Below are positions 57,457 to 64,000 of a stretch of DNA of 64,000 nucleotides, in pieces. Numbering within the stretch: position 1 is the first letter of the stretch; each line of letters opens with the position of its first letter. The stretch spans positions 37,449-101,448 of the forward strand of contig JBCBRY010000011.1 in the NCBI GenBank assembly GCA_039819485.1. Reading direction: 5' to 3'. Source of the stretch: Bacteroidota bacterium (GTDB lineage: Bacteria; Bacteroidota; Bacteroidia; Chitinophagales; Saprospiraceae). The position numbers and the translations under genes were made by a program. The notes beneath the pieces are model-generated. The model saw nothing but the letters and a program-made list of their open reading frames with translations, had not been told where the DNA came from and made no database searches.

Positions 57457-58710
57457 TTATTGCTTCACCCAGTTTGTCGGATTCAGCCTTGTCTTTCCTT
57501 TCCAGATTTCGAAATGTACCTCAGCTGTATTTGTTTTTCGGTCGGTACTGACGATGCCGACGGATTGACGGATGCCGACCCGGTCGCCTTTGCGCACCTT
57601 TACTTCCTGAAGGTTCGAGTAGACGGTGTAATACTCTCCATGCTGCAATATGACCATGTAGTCGAAGCCGGGGATAAACTGGGTGCCGACGACCGTTCCC
57701 TCAAAAATGGACTGCACCTGCGCCCCTTGGTCGGTACGTATGTCGATGCCGTTGTTGACAATCTGGACGGTCTTGATGGTGGGGTGCTGCTGTTTGCCGA
57801 AATAACTGGTAATCACGCCATTGCGAACCGGGAGCGGCAACACGCCCTTGCTGGCCCGAAACTCCGAACTGAGGCTTTCTGCTGACTTGCCCGTAGCCGT
57901 TGATGGAGATACGTTGACGTTGGCCCGAGCTCTTTCTTCCTCCAAACGAGCCTTTTCCATCTCCGTCTTGATGATATTTTCGATGGCGGCCGTTAGTTTT
58001 TTGGCTGCTTTTTCTTTTGCTTTTAGCTGGCGGGACAGGCGGCTTTCGTCACCTTTCAGCTCTTCGAGGATACGGTTTTTGGCAGATATTTCGAGGCCGA
58101 GCATTTCGGATTGCCGCTCTTCAGCAGATAAAAGCCGCTCTTTTTCTGACTTTCTTTTTTCCAGGCTCGCAATCTTTTCCAACAATGTTTCCTGGGTGTC
58201 GAGAATTAATTGTGCCTGCTTCTGCCGGTAGCGGTCATACTGCCGCAGATATTGCCAGCGACGGAAGGCGTCGTTGAAGCTCGTTGCCGAAAGCACAAAT
58301 AACCAGTCGTTTCGCATCAGCCGCTGCCGGTAAGCATGGCGTACCATGAGGGCATATTCCGACTTTAGCCGGCCAACGTCTTCCGAGAGGGCTTCCACGG
58401 CTCCGGTAGTACGTTCCACGTTTTCCAAAAGAAGAAGTACTTCCTGCTGCAATGTTTTGATGAGTTGTAGGCGACGGTTGATTTGCCGCTGTAAGGTGAC
58501 GTAACGCGAGTAGGTTGCTTCCCGGTTTTGTTTGGTTTGCTTGAGCAGGCGGGTAGTCTGATCAATTTCCCGAAGTAGTTGCTTGCGCTTCTCCTCCAAC
58601 TCCGCCCGGGTACTTTGTCCGAAGGCTCCTCCCATAACTAACAACGAACAACCAACGACCAGGAGCCATGTTTTAAAACCATTTGACCGTTCAACTATCC
58701 AGTTGATCAT
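57457..58710 (-). CDS. EnvC-like murein hydrolase activator: coiled coil plus a degenerate LytM (M23) domain
   Basis: Long coiled coil, then VNNGIDIRT...EVHFEIW where active M23 enzymes have HxxxD and HxH. Start placed at MINWIV (58710), just after the upstream stop. Confidence 0.8.
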   Translation of the reverse strand: MINWIVERSNGFKTWLLVVGCSLLVMGGAFGQSTRAELEEKRKQLLREIDQTTRLLKQTKQNREATYSRYVTLQRQINRRLQLIKTLQQEVLLLLENVERTTGAVEALSEDVGRLKSEYALMVRHAYRQRLMRNDWLFVLSATSFNDAFRRWQYLRQYDRYRQKQAQLILDTQETLLEKIASLEKRKSEKERLLSAEERQSEMLGLEISAKNRILEELKGDESRLSRQLKAKEKAAKKLTAAIENIIKTEMEKARLEEERARANVNVSPSTATGKSAESLSSEFRASKGVLPLPVRNGVITSYFGKQQHPTIKTVQIVNNGIDIRTDQGAQVQSIFEGTVVGTQFIPGFDYMVILQHGEYYTVYSNLQEVKVRKGDRVGIRQSVGIVSTDRKTNTAEVHFEIWKGKTRLNPTNWVKQ

Positions 58711-58717
58711 TGGAGTC

Positions 58718-59479
58718 TTAATCCACTCTTTCATAGCGGCTGGGCACCGAAAATGACATCTTCTGAGGAACATCAATCTCTACTTTTGAAAAATCAACAT
58801 CGACCTGCATGTTGCCGAGGTCAGAACTGTTCAAATTAAAACGACGAAAATATGAAAATTTCTGTTTGTCAGGCAGTGATTGATAGTCAGAAGCTTTATA
58901 TGTTAATTTTCGTTTGTTGCGGAAGTCGTCGACGAAGAATTCACTGAGGTGGAATTTAACGTCGTCCAGCCAGTATTTTGCGTTTAGTTGATCTGTTTTT
59001 TGCAATAACAAATAGCGGTCTTCATCAACGGATGCCTCCGATTGGCTGGCAAAGAAAACAGGGTTGCCAAGCAACATGGCTTGTAAGCCCTGAAAACCAA
59101 CAGGCAGGCGGAATTCCTGCTGCGCATACGAGAACGGCTTCGCCAAATATTGATTATTTAGTCGGTCGATCACAAAGATAGAATCCGGGGTGATCAAGGC
59201 ACGAGCCCCTTCAAAGCTGAACTTTCGGAAACTCATCCAAATGGCGCTGTCCTTTTTCATGCGGATATAGGCCGTAAAGCTTTCCCGCATGTACTCATCT
59301 TTATAAACGACCTTGGCCTTGGAGCCGAGCCAATCGGCGCTTACCTGTGTGTTTAGCAAGCGCTTCATCAGAAATTTTTCGCTCTTATTTTTCAGTTTCG
59401 TCTTTTGTGCACGGCGGGCAGGGTCGCAGGCGGTGGCTATCGTTAAAAGTAAAATGGCTAATAAAAGGATATTTTTCAA
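58718..59479 (-). CDS. DUF4292-family (LolB-like) lipoprotein
   Basis: Lipobox LTIATAC. KDSAIWMSF...ITPDSIFVIDRLNNQY...LQAMLLGNP resembles DUF4292. It commonly precedes the M23 gene in Bacteroidota. Confidence 0.6.
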   Translation of the reverse strand: MKNILLLAILLLTIATACDPARRAQKTKLKNKSEKFLMKRLLNTQVSADWLGSKAKVVYKDEYMRESFTAYIRMKKDSAIWMSFRKFSFEGARALITPDSIFVIDRLNNQYLAKPFSYAQQEFRLPVGFQGLQAMLLGNPVFFASQSEASVDEDRYLLLQKTDQLNAKYWLDDVKFHLSEFFVDDFRNKRKLTYKASDYQSLPDKQKFSYFRRFNLNSSDLGNMQVDVDFSKVEIDVPQKMSFSVPSRYERVD

Positions 59480-59605
59480 TGGAGTTGCTTTTTAAATAGG
59501 AACGAATAAAAGGAAGGAAAGGTATCGGCGGAAGTCAAATAAATGCAATGCGGGCTGTTGATCCGTAGGCTACGGAAAACGAATTATCAGTCCGCATAAA
59601 CGGAT

Positions 59606-60916
59606 TTAGATCCGCTCAATTTCCGCTCCCAATTTATTTAATCGCTCATCAATTTTTTCGTACCCCCGGTCTATCTGGTGGATGTTATGGATCGTGCTCG
59701 TGCCTTTTGCCGAAAGCGCTGCAATCAATAGCGAGACACCTGCCCGGATGTCCGGAGAGGTCATTTGGATACCCCTTAATTGAAAGCGCCTGTTCAGTCC
59801 GATGACAGTTGCCCGGTGCGGGTCGCACAAAATAATCTGAGCCCCCATGTCGATCAGTTTGTCCACAAAAAACAAACGGCTTTCAAACATCTTCTGGTGG
59901 ATTAAAACGCTGCCCTTGGCCTGCGTTGCCATTACCAACAAAATACTCATCAGGTCAGGTGTAAAACCAGGCCAAGGCGAATCATAAATGGTCATAATGG
60001 ACCCGTCGATAAAGCTCTGGATTTCGTACTCTTCTTTGGCCGGCACATGGATATCGTCGCCATTAGCATTTAAATCGACGCCCATACGTTGGAAAACGGG
60101 CAATATGTTTCCCAGCTCTTTCACCCCTGCGTTTCTGATCGTCAGGTCTGACTGAGTCATAGCTGCGAGACCAATAAAACTTCCTACTTCGATCATGTCC
60201 GGCAGGCATCGGTGGGTAGCTCCGCCCAGAGATGACACGCCTTCAATGGTTAGTAAATTGGAACCGACCCCTCCGATTTTTGCCCCCATTTTGTTGAGCA
60301 ATTTGCAGAGCTGTTGAATGTAGGGTTCGCAGGCGGCGTTGTAGATAGTAGTTGTCCCCGTGGCCAGTACGGCACCAAAAATGACGTTGGCGGTGCCCGT
60401 TACCGAAATTTCATCCATCAAAATATAGGTGCCCTTCATTTCTTCCGCTTCGATAAAATAGGTGCGGATATCCGCATCGTAGCGGAAATTTGCCCCTAAT
60501 TTTTGCAGTCCTAAAAAGTGGGTATCCATGCGCCTTCGCCCAATTTTATCACCTCCCGGCTGGGGTAGCATTGCTTTTCCAAAACGTCCTAATAACGCCC
60601 CCATCGTCATCACTGATCCCCTGATACTGCGGGCTTTACGACGAAACTCTTTATCTTCAAAAAAGCCAAGGTCCACTTTGTCTGCCTGAAAGCTGTACGT
60701 GTCGTGACTGATGCGTTCGACGGTGACCCCGAGTCCTTTGACAAGTTCAATTTGACGCTGCACGTCAAGGATGTCCGGGATGTTGGAAATCGTTACTTTT
60801 TCAGAGGTGAGAAGAGGGGCGCAGATGACTTGAAGTGCTTCGTTTTTTGCGCCTTTTGGCGTGATTTCGCCGTTGAGCGACCGTCCGCCTGTTACCTGAA
60901 ATGAAGTGGATTGCAT
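59606..60916 (-). CDS. murA: UDP-N-acetylglucosamine 1-carboxyvinyltransferase
   Basis: 436 aa; GAKNEALQVICA, EPSP-synthase-like fold repeats, C-terminal IDRGYEKIDERL. Confidence 0.95.
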   Translation of the reverse strand: MQSTSFQVTGGRSLNGEITPKGAKNEALQVICAPLLTSEKVTISNIPDILDVQRQIELVKGLGVTVERISHDTYSFQADKVDLGFFEDKEFRRKARSIRGSVMTMGALLGRFGKAMLPQPGGDKIGRRRMDTHFLGLQKLGANFRYDADIRTYFIEAEEMKGTYILMDEISVTGTANVIFGAVLATGTTTIYNAACEPYIQQLCKLLNKMGAKIGGVGSNLLTIEGVSSLGGATHRCLPDMIEVGSFIGLAAMTQSDLTIRNAGVKELGNILPVFQRMGVDLNANGDDIHVPAKEEYEIQSFIDGSIMTIYDSPWPGFTPDLMSILLVMATQAKGSVLIHQKMFESRLFFVDKLIDMGAQIILCDPHRATVIGLNRRFQLRGIQMTSPDIRAGVSLLIAALSAKGTSTIHNIHQIDRGYEKIDERLNKLGAEIERI

Positions 60917-60955
60917 GAAATGGGTTTTGATTTTTTTAAAAAAATGTAATTGGTT

Positions 60956-62023
60956 TTATTCTTCCATCGCCTTCATTTTATCGGCGTTTTCGGCTATTTG
61001 CAGTGATTCGATTATTTTTTCAATATCCCCCTCAACAATCTGATCCAAATTGTAAAGCGTCAGGTCGATTCGGTGGTCGGTCACGCGGTTTTGAGGGTAG
61101 TTATAGGTTCTGATTTTTTCAGAGCGATCGCCCGAACCGACCAGGGACTTACGCTGGGCAGCTACTTTGGATCGGTGCTTTTCCTTTTGAACCTCGAATA
61201 TTTTTTGGTAAAGACGCTGCTCCGCAATTTCCCGGTTGGAGTGTTGGGAACGGCCGTCCGTACACTCTACGACAATGCCGGTCGGGATATGGGTGAGCCG
61301 CACGCCCGATTCTGTTTTGTTGACGTGTTGACCACCGGCACCACTGGAGCGGAATGTGTCGATCCGAAGGTCAGAGCGGTTGATGTCTACGTCTTCCATT
61401 TCCATTTTGGGCATTACGGCTACGGTAGCTGCAGAAGTGTGAACCCTGCCTTTCGATTCAGTTGCCGGAATGCGTTGTACCCGGTGGGTGCCGGATTCGA
61501 ACTTTAGCCGACCGTAAACGTCTTCGCCCTTTACTTCCAGGGAGATTTCTTTGTAACCACCGACGGTTCCTTCGTTCTCGTACATAAGCTGGGTTTTCCA
61601 CCCTTGTTTTTCAAAATATTTGGTATACATCCGGAACAGGTCACCAGCGAAGATGCTGGCTTCGTCACCTCCGGTCCCTGCCCTGATCTCAAAGATAACG
61701 TCCTTTTCATCTTCAGGATCTTTAGGGATCAGCAACTGTCTTAGCTTTTCTTCCAGTTCTTCTTTTTTAGGCTCCAGCTCTTCGACCTCCATTTTGGCCA
61801 TTTCCCGCATTTCATCGTCTTTGTCGCGAAGCATGGATTTGGCTTCATTCAAGTGGCTGTCCACTTGTTTGTACTCTTCAAATACATCTACAATGGCTTT
61901 GAGCTTAGTGTATTCTTTTCCTATTTCTCGATATCGTTTCTGGTCGCTGATGATGTCAGGGTCTGACATCTGTTCTTCGAGGGTTAGAAAGTTGTTTTTA
62001 ATGGCTTCCAGTTTATCTATCAT
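60956..62023 (-). CDS. prfA: Peptide chain release factor 1
   Basis: RVQRIPATE (PxT tripeptide context) and SGAGGQHVNKTES (GGQ). Start placed at MIDKLEAIK. Confidence 0.95.
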   Translation of the reverse strand: MIDKLEAIKNNFLTLEEQMSDPDIISDQKRYREIGKEYTKLKAIVDVFEEYKQVDSHLNEAKSMLRDKDDEMREMAKMEVEELEPKKEELEEKLRQLLIPKDPEDEKDVIFEIRAGTGGDEASIFAGDLFRMYTKYFEKQGWKTQLMYENEGTVGGYKEISLEVKGEDVYGRLKFESGTHRVQRIPATESKGRVHTSAATVAVMPKMEMEDVDINRSDLRIDTFRSSGAGGQHVNKTESGVRLTHIPTGIVVECTDGRSQHSNREIAEQRLYQKIFEVQKEKHRSKVAAQRKSLVGSGDRSEKIRTYNYPQNRVTDHRIDLTLYNLDQIVEGDIEKIIESLQIAENADKMKAMEE

Positions 62024-62313
62024 GATTTTATGAGCAATTTGAAATTTTAAAAGTTTAAGCACCAATCATTTATGAACAAAGAAGCGGAACTGAATTGTAG
62101 AAAAAGGAATAGAATGCGAATCTTTGCAGTTCGAATGATCGGAGTCTTGACTGCGGGAGGAAAGAATTTAAAGAAGCTACAAGAATCGGAGAGTTAAAAA
62201 ATTTTGCATGTTCAATGTTTTTAGATCGGCGGCAAAGGTAGTTTTTTTGGATACATTTGATAACTTCAGCGGCAGATTATTGATCGGTTGAATTTTAATT
62301 AAGAATAAATATT

Positions 62314-63021
62314 TTGAATAAAAAACCTTTGATCCTCAACATAGAATCAGCGACAGGTGTGTGCTCTGTATGCATTAGCAAAGGGACGGAAATAGTGGTT
62401 TACCAAGAAGCCTCGGAGACATATCAGCATGCCAAAGTGTTGACCAATTTAATCGATAATTGCCTGAAGAATAGTGGTTATAAGTTGGAGGAGATGGATG
62501 CGGTGGCAGTTTCTTCAGGCCCTGGTTCCTACACTTCCTTGCGGGTTGGGCTATCTACTGCCAAGGGGATTTGTTATGCCTTGGGCTTGCCGCTGATCAG
62601 TGTCAGTACTTTGCACACGTTGGCAATGGCAGCCAAAAAAGAGGTAAAGGATGAAACTGTTTTTTACTGTCCAATGATAGATGCGAGGCGGATGGAGGTG
62701 TACTGCGAGGTGTTTGATAAGGAGGGCAAGTCGCTGACTGAGGCGGCTGCGAAAATTATAGATGAGCATTCCTTCAGTCGTTTTTTTGAGGAAAAGAACA
62801 CAATTGTGTTTTGTGGGAACGGGGCTGAAAAATGCAGGAGTGTCCTGGCCAGATCCACAGCAGTTTTTCTTCCTCTTGAGTGCTCAGCCAGGTATTTGCC
62901 TGAGCTATCTATATCGCGATATATGAACCGGAAATTTGAAGATATAGCTTATTTTACACCCCTTTACCTGAAGCCTCCAAATATTACGATTCCTAAAAAT
63001 ATGAACCTTTTAAAAGCGTGA
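62314..63021 (+). CDS. tsaB: tRNA threonylcarbamoyladenosine biosynthesis protein TsaB
   Basis: ILNIESATGVCSV...VSSGPGSYTSLRVGLSTAKG; TTG start. Confidence 0.85.
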   Translation: MNKKPLILNIESATGVCSVCISKGTEIVVYQEASETYQHAKVLTNLIDNCLKNSGYKLEEMDAVAVSSGPGSYTSLRVGLSTAKGICYALGLPLISVSTLHTLAMAAKKEVKDETVFYCPMIDARRMEVYCEVFDKEGKSLTEAAAKIIDEHSFSRFFEEKNTIVFCGNGAEKCRSVLARSTAVFLPLECSARYLPELSISRYMNRKFEDIAYFTPLYLKPPNITIPKNMNLLKA

Positions 63022-63258
63022 AAAATCCAATAATAGAAATTTACATATTAAAAATTAATTTACTTTGTAATTCTTTGATATTTGAAAAACCTATCTTAAT
63101 TTCGCCTTGAGTACATGTGCTTTAAGTATTAAAAACCTTTCTAATTATTGATTGGTATAGTTCTTGGATTACCATGTATCGAAATTTTATTAATTTGAGA
63201 AAACTTATCGAAAGTTCTTTTTCGCAATTTTTTAACCATCTAAAATTTAAACATAGAT

Positions 63259-63597
63259 ATGAGAAAGCAAAAGAGCGAAGCTATTGTTTTGAAGAAGGGA
63301 AAGCAAGAGATTCAGCTTGACTATGCTGAATTGCGGAAGGCAGTTTTAGTTCTTAGAGCCATTAATCACAAGCTCCGCCAACGTATGATTGACTTGTTGG
63401 AAGAGAATGACAAGATGACAGTTACTGACATCTACATCAAACTGAGGCTTGAACAATCTGTTGCTTCCCAACACTTAGCCATCCTTCGTCGTGCTGGCGT
63501 CGTTATTACCGACCGGAACGGCAAATTCATTTACTATAGTTTGAACAAGGAACGTCTTTCCCAAATCTCCCAATTGGTGGAAGAACTGGCTGCTTAA
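63259..63597 (+). CDS. ArsR/SmtB-family winged-helix transcriptional regulator
   Basis: 112 aa; LRAINHKLRQRMIDLL...VASQHLAILRRAGVV...GKFIYYSL. It contains no cysteine. Confidence 0.8.
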   Translation: MRKQKSEAIVLKKGKQEIQLDYAELRKAVLVLRAINHKLRQRMIDLLEENDKMTVTDIYIKLRLEQSVASQHLAILRRAGVVITDRNGKFIYYSLNKERLSQISQLVEELAA

Positions 63598-63882
63598 AAA
63601 GACAACTTCTGATCCATACAATCCTGGCTTAGTAGTCATAACAAACACTTTTGTCTGAACAATCAATCCCACGACAAAGAGACCGCTACTAAACCCTCAT
63701 TGACATGTCCCCTAATGACTTTATAACAAGACATTGACAGCTCAATGAGCTACAAAAAGGCTTGCAAAAAGTGCTGTAAATCAATAGGTTTACGGCACTT
63801 TTTTTATAATAATTTTGATAAAATAATTTATTAGTGCATATTTGCCATTGCACATTATTTTAAGACAAATAAAGTAACTTCT

Positions 63883-64000
63883 ATGAGAAAGGCTAAGGTA
63901 ATTTCCATCAATGATGAGAAACTACAGGTATCTTCGGACATACTCCGGGCGCTCGCCCATCCCCTAAGGTTAAGGATACTTGAGTTTATAGACGAGAATG
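63883..64000 (+). CDS. Second ArsR/SmtB-family regulator, N-terminal fragment (continues past the right window edge)
   Basis: My translation from the ATG at 63883 gives MRKAKVISINDEKLQVSSDILRALAHPLRLRILEFIDEN, the typical ArsR HTH start. Confidence 0.6.
   Translation, partial: MRKAKVISINDEKLQVSSDILRALAHPLRLRILEFIDEN

Overview
This 64-kb chromosomal segment reads as Bacteroidota. The signs are a T9SS C-terminal sorting domain, a CarboxypepD_reg-type TonB-dependent receptor paired with DUF4249, BatA, a PSP1 gene after holB, and AT-rich leaders with little Shine-Dalgarno signal. I call about 53 densely packed protein-coding genes on both strands. Most are housekeeping: thrA (truncated at the left edge), an EF-G paralog, gcdH, folB, tatA, tatC, holB, lpdA, uvrB, asnS, purD, hflX, murA, prfA and tsaB. 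Among them sit envelope and secreted proteins (OmpA family, GH18, CotH-LTD-T9SS, M23/EnvC-like), a LytS/LytTR two-component pair, a partial carotenoid cluster (crtD-like, cruF-like, methyltransferase, crtA-like), and a DUF4956 / HlyD-like / TolC-like three-gene unit. I found no rRNA, tRNA, CRISPR array, transposase, integrase or canonical defence genes. The unusual signals are mostly non-coding. (1) Intergenic hairpins recur whose arms are built from tandem 6-8-nt words, with perfect stems of up to 24 bp. Some arms overlap stop codons or a signal-peptide coding region. (2) A 13-nt motif, AAACCTCCCGTCA, occurs three times, each in sense orientation upstream of a gene (YkoF-like, glutathione peroxidase, crtA-like). 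(3) A GC-rich palindromic element is inserted in frame in a membrane-protein gene, with a solo half-copy elsewhere. (4) An orphan plus-strand terminator suggests an unannotated small RNA. (5) A perfect 20-bp inverted repeat lies in front of the carotenoid genes. All protein-family names come from my reading of the translations; no database search was run.
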